NCBI RefSeq assembly: GCF_964204645.1
Contig: NC_134030.1
Location: 14,198,110 to 14,262,109, forward strand
Direction: 5' to 3'
Length of the DNA: 64,000 bases
DNA from: Tubulanus polymorphus
Taxonomy: Eukaryota; Animalia; Nemertea
Part shown: piece after piece, positions 49,835-64,000 of the stretch
Layout of the letters: each line of letters begins with the position of its first letter
Numbering within the stretch: position 1 is the stretch's first letter
Made by a program: the position numbers and the translations under genes
The notes under the pieces: generated by a model
The model's input: only the letters and a program-made list of their open reading frames with translations
Database searches by the model: none
Told to the model about the DNA's origin: nothing

Positions 49835-51570
49835 TACTCGCTGGGTCCGTACTGTTGAATTTTTTATTTAAATATTTACTGCGATAATGCGCGCTGGTGA
49901 AGTTGTAAACATTGATATCGTCTTTCCGCCGATAATTCAACTTGAATTATTGCTTTATCTCATTCAAAAGTTCGTTATTCTAACAACCTTTAATCTAAGT
50001 TTTCAGGATATCTAAATATCTTTATAATGTATCTATATAATAATCTATGTTTTTTACCGTTCTCAACGATCTTTATTAGTTTTCAAGTAATAGCGAGCCA
50101 AACTTCAAAAACACATTTTCTTGGGTCTCATGCGTGCATCTTTTGATAAGGAAATTTCAAAATTTTACTGGTCCCTACTTTGTTAGAGAATCCAAACTTT
50201 ATGAAAATAAGGGCACCTATATATCCGAAAAATGGTTAACACAGATATATTTTATCTAAGATTAGTCAAAATAAAAATAAACGAAATAATCCAGGTGTTA
50301 AGCCTAGCGCACATCGACACTGCGATTGGAGACAACTAGTTGCTACCGAACGATTACCCCGCGCACATCGAAATCTAGTTACAACCGGTCAGTTGCAGCA
50401 ACTGCATGGCGCGTGTCGATCGTCGAAATCCAGAGCGCGCACATTGACGGATATGACTGCGATTGAGTACAACCAGTTGCTCAAAAGTAGAACATGGGCA
50501 ACTGGCTGGAACTGGAGATAGATCGACGCTTACCAATCGTAAGCTCGCTCACATCGACACATTCAAGCAACTGATCGTATCCAGCCAGTTCCTCTCATGC
50601 GCCGAAAACTGCCTTGCAACTAGTTGTCTCCAATCGCAGTGTCGATGTGCGCTAGGCTTTACGCTCTAACCAGCTTCGTAGGTTCACTACAACAAAAATT
50701 GTCATTATTTCCTTCGTGCATGTGTCATTCGATTCCAAAACGACACGTAACGCAATATACCGTGAAACTTGATGTATAATATTGGCGGGAGACGAATGAA
50801 ACTTCAATGCCTGACACTAGAAAACCTATTTCTACATTTTTACTATCTTGGGAGAGGGTCCAGAAGGACATTCCGCGGATTAAGCCTACTATTATGGTTA
50901 TCCTCGGTGTCGAAACAAGTACATCCAAAATGATGTAATTTACAAGAGGATGATGGTTAGATTTGCAGGTTTTGACGGTCTTAATGGGAAGGCAGAAGTC
51001 AGGACTACCGACCCCCAACATCTAGATCTGTCCATTTTTTACTAGAACATATATCTTTATTTATCAATGTTCGGACGGATACCTAGGTGCCCTTGTTTCC
51101 ATAGTTACCGGAGATTTTGATTTCAACAAAGTATGGACCGGTAAAATTGTGAAATTTCGTCATGTAAAGATGTACGCATGGGGCCAAAGAAAACGTGTTT
51201 GGGAAGTTTGACTCGCTATTACTTAAAAACTAATGAAGAGAATTGAGAATGGTGAAATAAATTTTCAAAAAACTACATATAGATGTCTATTGTGCCTGAA
51301 AACTTCATGTACATTAAAATTTGTTAAAATTACGACGTTATGAAATTAGTGAACAACAATTCAAGCTGAATTATCAGGAAGACGATATAATTGTTTATCA
51401 GCGCGCATTGTTGCAATAACTTTAAGAATGGGTAATATCATTATTAGCCGAGTTCATCGATATTTTTATTTCGTTTCTATCTTGGTCCAATCCAGAAATG
51501 AACGAAACAAAACAATTAAACAAGGGAAAAAATAGGGACAAAAATTCAACAATTCGGACCCAGCAGGTAT
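49835..51570. mobile_element. Foldback-type element with ~400-500-bp degenerate inverted arms
   Basis: GCTGGGTCCG..TGTTGAATTTT (49840) vs AAAATTCAACA..CGGACCCAGC (51541-51564); further inverted blocks at 50085-50220 vs 51080-51225. Confidence 0.75.
50301..50658. mobile_element. PIF/Harbinger-type MITE with TTA target-site duplication
   Basis: Perfect ~43-bp TIRs AGCCTAGCGCACATCGACACTGCGATTGGAGACAACTAGTTGC; TTA at 50298-50300 and 50659-50661. Confidence 0.92.
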
Positions 51571-51718
51571 TCTTAAAACATGGCAAACCTGTTAAAAGAC
51601 TTATTGTTTCAACACCAAACCAGCTGGCCTATGGAATTCCCAGCAGGTATTCTTAAAACATGGCAAACCTGTTAAAAGACTTATTGCTTCAACACCAAAC
51701 CAGCTGGCCTATGGAATT
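51559..51718. repeat. 80-bp tandem duplication
   Basis: CCCAGCAGGTATTCTTAAAAC...ATGGAATT at 51559 and 51639, nearly identical. Confidence 0.95.
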
Positions 51719-52899
51719 CTTATCATGTTTATCACAGGGGCATGTGGGCATGTAGATGTGTAGACCTTTAGCGCTCCTAGGGATTGGTTGCGGTGGAGGC
51801 CTGCCAGGTATAGTTAATGTAATTAGATTATCAACACCTTAAAGTAGTCAGTTTTACTTAAGGACCGCGTCATTTGTAATTATAGTTGCTTCATCCTTTC
51901 TAAACCCGACATACTCCGGGGAAAAGCAATGTTTGTTTGTCCGTTAATTGAAGTGAACTGAAAAAAACTTTTGGTCAAATGAAAACATTCGATTGGCAAG
52001 CCCAAAAATATTTGTACCCTTCACTTTCCACCACCGAATTCAGAATTGGATACAGGATTCGGCGCTGCAGACGCAACGCCCAACGTCTGCGGTACTCCCC
52101 AGATAGATTTGTAAAAAAAGTGTTAAAACATATTCGGGTTGAGTCTTAAGTATAGGGCCTAGATTGTACTGTAACAGTAAGACAGTTCTAAGTGTTAATT
52201 TTATTGAACGTGGATATGAAAATTGGTAAATATAAACTTCTATGTTTGTTTATTATTCTTCATTTACGACTAAAATTACAACATTGAATAGGATTCGTCT
52301 CAGGTAAAAATCGTTTTAATCTATTAAACATACTGATACTCTTAGATGTCTCACGTTGAACATCATTGATGTGATTCATCCATGATAATTTATTGTCTGT
52401 ATTCATACCCAAAAGTATGTGCTATGATTCTGATCGATATTAATTCCGCTAATTTTAATCGAAGTGTTAAGTGGTGGTTTCTGGCCAAAATGCCATGCCA
52501 TACCTGGATAATTTATTAGCGTAATACCACGTGGCTAGTTTGTCAAGTTTGCTAGATACGGTCGAAGTAGTCTGGCACATGAAATCTAAAATTTGGCATT
52601 TCGTTTTCCAGAAATAATATATGGCTGGAATTTTTACAGGGGATGAAGAACGTTCAGGGGTGTATGAATCAGACATTCATTACCATGGCAACAATGGCAC
52701 TGTTGCTAAAATATGTTGTCATGGTTACTAAGTCTGTTTTCCAAATAATTTCTAAACCAGCGTAGAGCTTGACCTTTAATTCCATAGAAATCTAATCAAT
52801 CAGTTGAGAATCACAATATCCGTGGTATAAAGATGATGAGTTCACAACCCCTTAATCCTACTGACTCATCTTAGCCTCATAACAAAATTATAGTTTCTT

Positions 52900-53240
52900 T
52901 TGCCCCTTGTCTTGATAAATTCAAACCTACTCTTCGCCAATTTGATACCGATTTCATTGTAAAGTAAAAGAATAAGATTTACAATTATTGCTCCCAATCG
53001 TGAACCCTAAGGTTCATTGTGGAGTTTTTAAAATTAATTTTTCTGATTGTGACCTTTTCTATATCGGGGAAACTGGGAGAAATCTCAAGGATCGTATTAA
53101 GGAACATAAACGGGATGTTTTTATTCAGGTTAAACTAGAAAGAGGGGTTGCCCTTCATTCTTTGGAAACCGGACATAATTTTGATTTCCCTAGAGCCAAA
53201 ATAATTTTTCCTTACAGTTATCTCACGAAATGACATTTAC
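52900..53240 (+). mobile_element. Penelope-like retroelement GIY-YIG endonuclease fragment
   Basis: GVFKINFSDCDLFYIGETGRNLKDRIKEHKRD...VALHSLETGHNFDF..AKII. Confidence 0.9.
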
Positions 53241-56200
53241 TTTTTATTTGTTTGCATTTATGATAATATATTTATCACAATAAGACATTAATCTGTTATT
53301 CAAGATTTCTTCAAGAATTTTTTAAAAGCAAAGCAAAATTGAGATAAATTATTATGATTATTTATTGTCACCAATTTTATATAAATATCGGATTCTAGTG
53401 ATTTTTCAATATGTCTGGCACAATTCCAGTATCTGACATAGCTTTACTAATAGAAATATATTTCCCAATAATTCAAAATAATTCAAATTAACTCTCGAAA
53501 TGCTTATCACATGACCATCCGAGCCGGTTCAGTTGCCAGTAATCGTAACCGACATAAGCAGGGAAGCAACTGGGTGGATCTCATATCCCGCTAGTCGTCC
53601 TCAGTTGCTACGAATCGGAGCGCAGTCGACATAAGCTGGGCTGCGATCGCAGTTGCGTCGGTTGGAGTCGGTAAGCGTCGCGTTGCTTGTCGACATAAGC
53701 CAGCCTTAAGGCTTCATATAGTAACATAAATCATGACCTCGATTCAATCTCCAGCAAGTTCTGAGAGTAACAAATTGATTGAAGCGGAATAATGGAGGAA
53801 AACACCTGGGTTGGCCAGATGAGCACTATTTTGTGTTATAATTCAGGGGCTAGTTGTTCAAAAGTTGGTTGGAATATAGACTAGTAGTTTGAAACTGGAT
53901 TAACCAAATATTTTTTCCATTGTTAGAGTTAACTGGTGTGCAAACATCATGGTTACAATGCAATTTCGACCCGTCAACTTAAGGCAAGGCCCAGAGCGAA
54001 AGGCCCCTTTAGCGTAAACAGATATTGATTGACAGATTTCGCCGACAAGCACTTCTTTTTAATTTCTAAATCCAATAGAAATTGAAGTGGATAAATAAGG
54101 AGTAAAGATTGGACGCTTTGGGTTAAGGTACTGAAGTAAGGTCTAGGATCAAATAGGAATAAATGTCGCTGCCTAGTCTATGGAACTGAGTTTATATCAT
54201 ACGATGCATGGGAGTGGAAAGATGTAGAAACTCCCCGAGGACTCCTAATTACTATGATTATCAGCAAATTGCTCTGAGTGCTCGTAAAATTGTTAGCTGA
54301 CCATGAGACTAACTGAATGGCCATGTTAGAAGGAAAAAACCAGTGTGGATTATCATCACACTAGTAAATCGTCCCCCCATGTCAGAGTTTAATGTAGTAT
54401 GCTTTTTCTGGCGTGTCTACAGACCCTTGACTGCCTCCTTAGATCATAACTATTGCGTCAAAAATTTGGATATTAATTTAATAATATAATTATATTAATA
54501 ATATATTAATAATACCACGTAGTAAACAGCACTCCGCCATGAAAAAGATGGCCATATTTTCATTGTCCCCGCAATGACATCATAACTATTTCCAACTAAC
54601 TCCATTTATGAAACCATATGCTCCAGATTTAGCTGAAGCAATTTCCACACGAGTGGTAAGCTTTTAACGAAGTTCACCTTTGTAACTATAGCTTGATTTC
54701 TTTGTTTTGGTCGTCAATTGATTAAATTGAGTGTGCTTTCATAGATGCCTTAAAATACCTTAATTTTTGACAATGGAAATGGCCCCAGGAACTTTTGGTG
54801 ACAATTATCAATTATTACACAATGCAGCTATGAAACATGATTCAAATGTTATTGAAAGTATTGATTGGCAATACGCACACTGATAATTTTTATTTATAGT
54901 CAAAAGAAATAATCGATAGCTTTTCTTGCAATACCAATTATATGCATGTTTTAAGTGTCAGCGCTTCATTTCTAGAATTTTCAACAGCTTACCCGAAATA
55001 AATGAAAGAACAAAATCCATGAACTTCGAAGATATCTATGTATTACGTACGTAATTATTGTTATGGAAATGCTTCACAATATAGTATTAACCGGAAAGTG
55101 AAAGACAGACAGCCGTGAGGTTGATTATGCAGAAAGTTAAATACAAATCACCTATGCGTGAAATATAGAGCCATTATCGCTTTAGGTATTGATTCAACTG
55201 GGTGTTAGTATTATCATTGATACGACTTTCATAGATATCATCTCACATGCGGTGAACACCAAACACATTGTTATAACAGCGATTGTAAGGAAATATCATG
55301 ATGCATCTATGTAGGAATGTTTGCACTGGTAAGGTTGATGAATTGATAATAAAATATCGGATAGTTGAAACGACATTTATAAACAAAACTCTACACTTGC
55401 CTGGTTGTATTTTATTTCTTCTTTTATAAGAAATAAAGAAAATATCATGGAACTGATCCGGCCGACAAAGTTTTACTTCTCACTTTCCACTTACTGATTT
55501 GACCTCATTTTCTCACTGATGGCAAGCCTTTTGAAACATCGTTTCTGGAAAACCAACTTCCAATGTTTGCATAGGGTTTTAAACGCGTGTGCCAGTGCCA
55601 TCGAGTTCACGCATCACGCAAAGAGGCGCTATAAATGCTTATACTTAAAATCAATTCCTTTAATTAATTAATCCAAATGCCATTAGATAGAATTACGTTG
55701 AAACGGCTATTCGTAAAGAAGATCCTAGTGTTGGGGATGGTTTTAAACAAACAGAAGCCTGAAGCAGAAATAACTATGGTGAAACTCGGTACGTGGTATT
55801 AGACACAGCAGACTGAAAGCTCAGATACATGCTTTCACCAAAAGAAAGAAGCCGACGCAACCGTCAACCCCCAAAACTACCAATGCCACTCGACCAGGTT
55901 TCAGGTTATCGGGATGCTTTGATGGCAATGTGCTCAGTTTGTTGCTCGAACTCTCAGATAGCAATCTCATGATGGCAAAACGCGCATGATGTAACACCCT
56001 AAATAAGTATGTCATAACGCAAATTGCATAATTTATGAGTTTAACACTGATCATAAATCCTCCTAAACTTGGAGCTTCTATATTCAGGAGGTCTACTGAA
56101 GATGTGTAACTTAAGACACTGTGAAAACATGACAGCGACTTTTAACGTTATAAATCAGAATATTTTGCTCGGCATCCGGTAACACATTTCAGTACCACAA

Positions 56201-57491
56201 CGGATTCAAATTCTCTGTTTTTGTGAATACGTTACTTTACGATTAAATCAGCCAAATACGTTTATTCGTTAAACGACTTTTTCCGTTTCTAACCGTATGC
56301 ACACAAATATGAATTCTAATCAAACATCATCAAACTGCATCACACGTGTTTTCAACGTTTGTTTTTCAGCGTACGTACATCTACTTTCCGCTTTTCTTCA
56401 CCCAGTGCAACATTACGCATTTAGTCGACCATCGCCACGCTCTGGTATCCGCTTCAGGAAATATCAATATTTTGTTTTCATCCTTACAAAAACGCGTAAA
56501 AACAAATCTACCGCGCAAAAACTTGTTGCGTATCGGGAATTTTGCTGGATTCTGTGTATATGCAGTAGGTAGTCAAGTCTGCCCATGCACACATAAGGCT
56601 TTGAAAACCTAGAATCGGGTAACTAACAAGAAACTGCTGTTATTCCTCTTATTGTTATATTAATGTAAAATGTTTATGTTTTGTAAATACTATTTGTAAA
56701 TATCACTCAGTACATCTCGACCCGAAAGGGTGTAATAAGTACAATAAGAGATTATTGAATTGAATTGAATATTGAATTATAGTCTACCCATCTACTTGGA
56801 GAGGAACTTATTATCCTTGAGATTGCTTAAACCACATGATTGTCGATGACCTTGGGAAATGTTTTATACAGTTCCTTAGGTTATGTAATAATTAACTGTG
56901 AGTGGTTTGGTAATGAAAATAATATTGGCAACATCAATAAAATTTCAAGTGAATTGCATAACTAAGACTTGCAACATCAATAACTGGTATGTGATGGTTA
57001 ATCAAACAAGTTTTATTCGTTTTGCTATCGTAGGCTAATGGTGCATGATCGTGCATGTGTTGATATCAGTGAATTTGAAAATGCAGAGGCACCCGACACT
57101 TTATAACTGAATTCTGATTTGTTAATGTATAGTGAAGAACCCATATCTTGAAATACATTTGAAGTTGCTAATACCCTCATCTTCTCTGCAAATGGCTACT
57201 GATGAGATAGCAAACGTAAACCATATTTCATTGACATACCTAAAACAACTGCTTTTTATAAGCTTCAGAATCGTGAAATCGACGATTCAACTATTAATAT
57301 AACATACTTTCTTTCACTCCTCTATTATATTACATAACTGAGTATTTGTTACATTTGATTGCTTAATTACAGGTGAAATGAGGTCAGATGGCATGAAAAT
57401 CGACTGTGGCTGACTAGTAGATATACTAGAGCTGAAAGCATTCAGCAATTTAGGAAATCCTAGACTCATAATCAAATTTAAGTATTTAAGT

Positions 57492-57690
57492 GTAAGTACG
57501 AGACGAGTATAGGTTAACTATTTATTTGACGCTAATGAATAGAATGAATAGAATAGAATCTAATGAATAGAAGCTTCATCAGGTGAATAAGTATAGTCAA
57601 TCACCTGATGAAGCTTCTATTCATTAGAAGCGAAAGCTCGTGCGTCAAATATATAGTTAACCTTTACAGTACTACTCGTCTCGTTACTTA
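57492..57690. repeat. Inverted Penelope-like terminal repeats
   Basis: TAAGTACGAGACGAGTA..AGGTTAACTAT.TATTTGACGC...GAAGCTTCATCAGGTGA is mirrored by TCACCTGATGAAGCTTC...GCGTCAAATATATAGTTAACCT...TACTCGTCTCGTTACTTA. Confidence 0.8.
57602..57642 (+). ncRNA. Minimal type I hammerhead ribozyme, intact core
   Basis: CAC CTGATGA A GCTTCTA ttcat TAGAAGC GAAA GC TC GTG: stem I CAC/GTG, 7-bp stem II, palindromic AGCT stem III, CUC triplet. Confidence 0.8.
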
Positions 57691-59569
57691 TATTAAACCT
57701 GGTTAACACGGCTACTCTACGAATATTCTAATCAAATTCTGTGAAGTCAGTTAAGGTCTTTTGCTCGAATCAAGTTGAGGGCTCAGGTGCCTAAAATTCA
57801 ATTCCTCGATGTCCCTGTAATGCCGAGTACGATGGAGTTTACACACTGAAAAACATTGGGCTCAGTAAGTGAATAGGTGAGCAATATAATGACCACGCTG
57901 CAACTGAGACGAAAGCAAGTTAGACTGCATTGCTTCGATGCTTTAACAAACCGACTCCTAAGCAATGTGACCTTCAAAATCAAATGTAAAATATAGCTTT
58001 AGAGCAGCAATAACAGGTTTTCTGACATTTTACATACATTGCTTGGGATTCCATCAGTTATTATTTTATAATAATATTGATAATTAGTGCTTTATTGGCG
58101 ATCTACAACTTAACATATGTATGTATTCAAATATTTCAATAAAACACGTCTTTTATCGAATTAACATAGATATATTCTGATCTCTGTTTAACGTCAACTC
58201 ATCGGAATAAGATTTAGTTGTTGATAGAAGAAATCAAAATCTTTAATGATGTGATATTATCAAAATGCTTCACGAATGCATGTTAAAATCAATTAGCATT
58301 TATTGAGTACAGGTAGATAACACCAAAAAACATGGTATAAGTACATATACACAAGTGCCATATGCCAACGGGTACGATTAGTTCACGCAACTCCCAACGG
58401 AACTATGAAAGCGCCAAACAATTAAGGTACATCAGTACTTTTTACGTGGTAGCCCTTGTGAATCCACATATCCCGGATATGTGTCGCGCTCCTTCAAAAC
58501 AGTCGTATGTTATAAACTGATAAGAATTATTTTGGTGAAATTATTTGTGTGCTTCCCTGTGGGACATTTAAACCAGCAAGACAGAAACCCGTTGTCGCTG
58601 CTTTGCAGCTATTTTTTGTATTACATTCCTTTGAAAGATACATTATTATCTACTGAGTGATTCATCTGTTATGGAGCAATTTTAGAATCCAGGAGTCGGT
58701 AATAAATCAAGCCTTACTTGAAGATTTTCATGATGGTTTATGATTCAAAAGGAATGCTTTTTTCGATGATCCACTGTCGTTTCAAATCATTCTTTATCTT
58801 TAACTTTGGTAAACCACTTATCTCAAACGGAGTTCCAAGCATCATTATGAGTCCCGAAAATCAGCGAGACAACAAGGGAAATTTTTAGCTTTTAAATTAG
58901 CGTACATTAGAATAAAATCTTTCAGTATGAGGGGTCGTTTTATGTGTTTGAAAGTATTTTATTTTGTTTAAGTCACTGGGAATGATATATGCGTAATACA
59001 TGCAACTTGCTCGGTTATCCTTATCTCTATCTGTTATCATTTTCTGTAATTTAAACACACTTGAGGTTTCGTTTCCGCGCACGTATAACTTGACAGAAAA
59101 AATATAAATTCCTATTGCCAAAATCATGAAATGTTTTTTATTTGAATACTTGAACGGAATGTACGTTAAAAACGCTAAATATGGATAAAAACCTTGACAC
59201 ACAGAGTCAGGATATTCAAGAAAATAGATATTCGGTTTATTTGGCTACCGATTTTTGTTAAACGGAAATAACTTTTATAGCGTGGGTTGAAGAGTGGTTT
59301 TGTCATTTGATCCATACAGCTGACAAACTTGATAAAATCAAATAATGTTCTTACTCGACTTTTGCATACAAACGAAAACTTTGGCCCAAGTCCGATATAC
59401 GACATTATAGTGCAACGTGTAGAGATACTTTTGGAGTAAATCGGGGAATTAATGCGCAAGCTGAAATATAAAAGCGTAGTAATATGGAACTAAAAGAAGT
59501 TCCATGAAAATAGATCCTTGATGGGGATCATATTTTACAGCTGATGACACGCGACACCTTACATACTAG

Positions 59570-59762
59570 AGTGATGACTCTAAATGACGGTGACGACTCC
59601 ACAGGACGGCTGACAGCTGACACCCTACATAACAGTTAGGTGATGACTGCACAGGACGGTTGACAGGTAGACACCCTACACAACAGTTAGGTGATGATCG
59701 CACAGGATGGATGACAGGTAGACACCCTCAGTAAGGTGATAACTGTACCGGACGGTTAACGA
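59570..59762. repeat. Minisatellite, ~50-bp unit (GTGATGACTGCACAGGACGGTTGACAGGTAGACACCC...)
   Basis: 3-4 imperfect copies. Confidence 0.85.
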
Positions 59763-60949
59763 CTGGCCTCTCACCTAGATTCCGTGTGAACGCGTATACT
59801 AATCGTCTAGTCTTCTGTTTCGAGGACATCTTCCTAATTAATTATTCCCAAAAATCAATTGATATAATATTTTATATATCATTTAATTATATACTAGCAG
59901 GAAACTTGTCTTCGATAGGTTGGTTGATGTGCAGACATACACGATCAGTGGAGACATACAGCAGCGTCACATGTCTATAATATTAAATGATATATTCATG
60001 TTCCTTAACAGAGAAACAGTATCCCAACTGCCAATGGTATAGTTCACTGATTTTTGAATTGAAGCCTCATAGTAACCCTTAACTCTAAACCTAACCCGAA
60101 CCCTAACCCTAATCATTCACATTTTAAACTATGCTAAAAACCTTCCCAAGGTTATTTAGGACCGACGATTTGTCAAATCAACATAAAAAACCACCCTTCC
60201 ACCAATTTTAATAGCTATCTAGATATATTATATTTGAATGTTATATATACATGCCTTTTTGTGTTTCGAAATGTTGATATCATCGCAACTTCATAACACG
60301 CAATGGATTTATGAGAGACAATGAAAATTATGAAGACAAATAGCAGTTAAAGGGGTGGAAAAACTGTTATACTTCAGTGCTGGATGACGGGTTGATAGGT
60401 TGCCACCTGTTCTCATAGTTTACTTTAGGTGTCGACTATCAACGGTCAACTGCTGTGAACACTGACCGAATTACGCAGTGTAACTCTACGCACGCACTAT
60501 AATGTCGTATACTGGACTAGCGCCAAAACTTTTTAGAGACCCATCTAAATAATTTAGGCAGAAATAACTGGCTACGTAAACGTATCATCCAATTCCGGAA
60601 ATAGAAACTGGTCTACATTACCGTCCCTTTAGTATTTCAATTCGACATAGAACAAGCGGATCAAGTACATTATAGCATTAAATAGTTCCAGTGGAGTCTA
60701 ATCACTTCGGACTATTTTAAATGAATCCGCCAATATTGGACTGATTTTAACGTCGACTGATTTTACTAATGGACAATGTCTACAATTATAAATGTCGGCC
60801 GATTTTACTCGTCGACAATGTCAACAATCCTGATCGTCGACTGATTGTACCCGTCGACAATGTCTACAATGCAAGCAAATTTCTTGAACTGTCAGAACAG
60901 TTTTCTGAATAGTACTGAATCCAGTCATTTATATAACGCTTAGAAAACG

Positions 60950-61165
60950 AATATTCCCCTCTTTAGAGTTATGGTGGGACCGTGGGGCGTAGACCGTTTC
61001 AAATATTCCCCGCCGTAGAATTGCTGGGATCGCAGTGCGTAAACTGTTTCAAATATTCCCCTCTGTAGAGTTGGCTGGGATCGTGGGGCGTAAACTATTT
61101 CAAATATTTCCCTCTGTAGAGTTGCTGGGATCGTGGGGCGTAAACTTTTTCAAATATTGCCCTCT
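60950..61165. repeat. Minisatellite, ~50-bp unit (TTTCAAATATTCCCCTCTGTAGAGTTGCTGGGATCGTGGGGCGTAAAC)
   Basis: About 4 imperfect copies. Confidence 0.9.
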
Positions 61166-61461
61166 GGCACTATTCCACGCTATACTGGACTTGAACATGC
61201 AGTTTAAATCAAACTCAGTGCAAGATGAAAACCATATAGTTCGAATTACTTAATCTATGAAAAAGAAGAGTCACTTAACTTAGCCGGGGCCAGTTTCAAG
61301 AAGGGTATTGATTATAACTCTTACATAAGCTTAAATCACTTGTCATATAGTACACAATATAGAGTAACTGTTAAAATAGGTTGTTATAGTATTTTAGAAA
61401 CCAAATTTCACGACGATCGGTTTAAAACGAACTGGAGGCGGATCCCCATTCATAAACGTAG

Positions 61462-61463
<2 letters not shown>

Positions 61464-61547
<84 letters not shown>
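61464..61547. repeat. (AT)n microsatellite
   Basis: Directly visible. Confidence 0.98.
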
Positions 61548-61549
<2 letters not shown>

Positions 61550-62716
61550 TCATTATGTTGGACTACTACACTTTTTATTAGTTTTTCTCTTAATACACTA
61601 TCATCATCAACAGTGGGGGTAAAAGAACGGTGGCTAGCATCATCAACTATGGGGGTCAAAGAACGGTGGCTAGCACTGGTTACGTTCATGTATATTAGTT
61701 TTATTGAATGAAAACAGAAATAAGCATGCATTTCGACTGATGTACGTGCGCACCTACATTTTGCCAGTACTTTTACAGCAAGCGATAAAAATATTCGAAT
61801 AAAAAACCGATAAATATCTAGTCAAATTATAAGTAGAGTGATGCGGAATTCAGCGGAGACTTTCAGCTATTCTATTTGACGAATATCATAAATCCACCTC
61901 AAATTGACCGTGAAAGGCTAATTTATTATTTCCATTCAGTACAATTCAAGAAATAATTATCATAACAAACTCGAATAATTCCTTTTGACGGCACTTGTCT
62001 GACATTTATTGAATTCTTTACCGAGTTAAATTGATAGTTTACGCGCTTTATCATTTTTGACATGTAGAAAACAGAAATGTGCCTCACCGATCATATTGTA
62101 ACGGCGCATAGTTACTAACACTCGGTTGCTAAGGTGTCATAAATGGAGATTACTTTTGATTGTTTGAAAGTTAACCGCGTAGTGAGAAAGTGCTGTGTTT
62201 GAAAAGTTACGATCTACCCGATAATATTCTATCAGTGGAAAGCAAAGACAGATCCTGGTGCGAGAGTTCATCATATTCATTCTGACCATTGAATTCGCTT
62301 TTGAACTCAAGTCATTGGCCACTTATAATGTTGGTATTGATGTGTCAGTCTGGAATTGGTAATTTACTAGTGCTGATTTGTTACGGATAGTGAGAAACAT
62401 TGATTAGTAAATTTTCATATACCATCTCGAGACGAGATAAAATAACGCATCTTGATTCACCGCTGAACTAATATCATAGAAATATAGATAATCAGTACAC
62501 CTAATGAATTAAGCAGTTTTGTTGTATCAAACATCTGGAATTTGGCGGTCGAATATTGACGAAAACATTTATGTAATAAAAATGTAATTTAATCGTGAAT
62601 CCTCGTATCAGAATGTCTGCACAATTATCTCATCTAAGTTAAATATTTTCTACAGTTCGATTAATTGCCTGAAATAGATTTTTGAGTTTTTCTTTTTTCG
62701 TGAAAATGTAGCCCTG

Positions 62717-62860
62717 GGGCTGGTTCAATAGTCGTGGCTATGACTTAAGACTATCCAGTCTTAGACTATCTTAGTTCTATAGCTAATCTAGCAGCTTAAG
62801 ACCAGTCTAAAGATTTCTAGACCACTTTTTGGACTTAAGTCACGACTATGGAACCGTCCC
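62717..62860. mobile_element. Short MITE; related partial copy at ~49695-49800
   Basis: TIRs GGGCTGGTTCAATAGTCGTG / CACGACTATGGAACCGTCCC with internal TAAGACCAGTCTAA repeats. Confidence 0.7.
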
Positions 62861-64000
62861 TGGGTTTTTTTCATGACCATGCCCATACGCCATTGGAAAA
62901 TATATTTTCCAATATATCATACATGTTATTGCGTTGTCGCATATTTGTTTTGAAATGAAATTCAAGGTTTATGTTACGATTTGATTAGTTAATAACGTTT
63001 GGTGGCGAATTCCAAGAACAAAATATCTTGCCATCATAAAAAGATGTACTAGTAGGAGGTTTCATGCGTTCTTGCTCAAAAGTATAATGAAATAATTCCC
63101 TGGAGGTATCCAACGGCGATGGCCTGTATTTAGTATGGTATGAATCTTTGTACTTTTTCAACACGGTGACACAAACATGTACAAATCAGTAGAAATGTTT
63201 TCCGAAGCATTGTCTCTGCATCGTTATGCAGTTATCAGGAGCATCGCTCAATGAGCACCATCACCATTCAGTATATGAAGTCCCTAAGCCTACCTTTTAT
63301 TGAGTATGTACAGAAAATAAATATTCTATACATTTTATCACCCGACCTTCCAACGGGATTGTCCTACTTCATTCTTGACCTTAACGTCAATCTTCAAAAT
63401 TAGACGCAACGGAACATGATTTCAGAATTTAGTTTCTAACGTGACTTCCCGTTTTTAGGGGAATTGGTCAATAAGCAGCTAAATTCAAACTGGGGTTTGT
63501 TGTCAAACTGGAGCCTATATAGTAAGAAAATTAATTGTAGAAAGATCGCAACTTACCTGCTTTACTCTATCCTAACGTAATCTGACAAAACCCTCGGCGA
63601 TCTCCGAGACTTCTCAGAAAGATTGAAGAAAAATACTGATCTACCCTGGTGACGAGACTAAAACTAATTGTGCCCGTTTCTCTAAGTACATATATTTATA
63701 TATTAGTCCGCTGTTATGCCGTCGTTACTCATGCAATATGACGAGAGATGCTTCATCAAAACATCAAGCTTTAGTTCCGCGCGCGTGCGAGCTCTCACTC
63801 AAACGAGTGACGTCACGCGTCCGATCGGCGGAACAGTTGATCACCTGATCGGAAACTGGGCGTATTTTACCAGTGAATGTTTTATGGAGTTGTTCGAACG
63901 AGGTTGTCGAGTATCAGCAAAGCCTGGTTGTTGATATCCCTCTATTCTTAAACTGAGTGCTCAAATGGCTCCATAAGTCTCCGTTCTCAATCATACTATA

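Noticed and set aside
60073-60112. Telomere-like (TAACCC)n
   Set aside because: Only about six degenerate units; a common interstitial or TE-internal motif.

Overview
Eukaryotic, repeat-rich genomic DNA, probably from a lophotrochozoan invertebrate (it carries a WRPQGRF-amide luqin neuropeptide gene). (1) 1-~8305 is a very AT-rich, intronless, tightly packed minus-strand gene array from an endogenous Polinton/Maverick-like virus. It has a major capsid, a minor capsid, the C-terminus of a protein-primed PolB and several membrane proteins. It is lightly pseudogenised and interrupted by a 1.16-kb insertion. Eight consecutive genes start with TAAATG, seven of them preceded by a TAATTTT-type T-run, which resembles a poxvirus late promoter. 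(2) 30459-32644 is a 2186-bp non-autonomous element with AG...CT termini, a perfect 6-bp target-site duplication (TTCGTC), palindromic ends in flip/flop arrangement, 91-bp subterminal repeats, small Zn-finger/TM genes and the same promoter motif. Together these suggest an integrating, hairpin-ended, possibly helper-virus-dependent Polinton-like system; this is inference. Host genes are a spliced luqin precursor (minus, ~9887-12661) and a single-ORF secreted, possibly GPI-anchored LRR protein (22261-24060). The rest is LINE, Penelope and SINE fragments, Penelope-type hammerhead ribozymes, MITEs/foldbacks and satellites. All family calls come from motif recognition by eye; no database searches were run.
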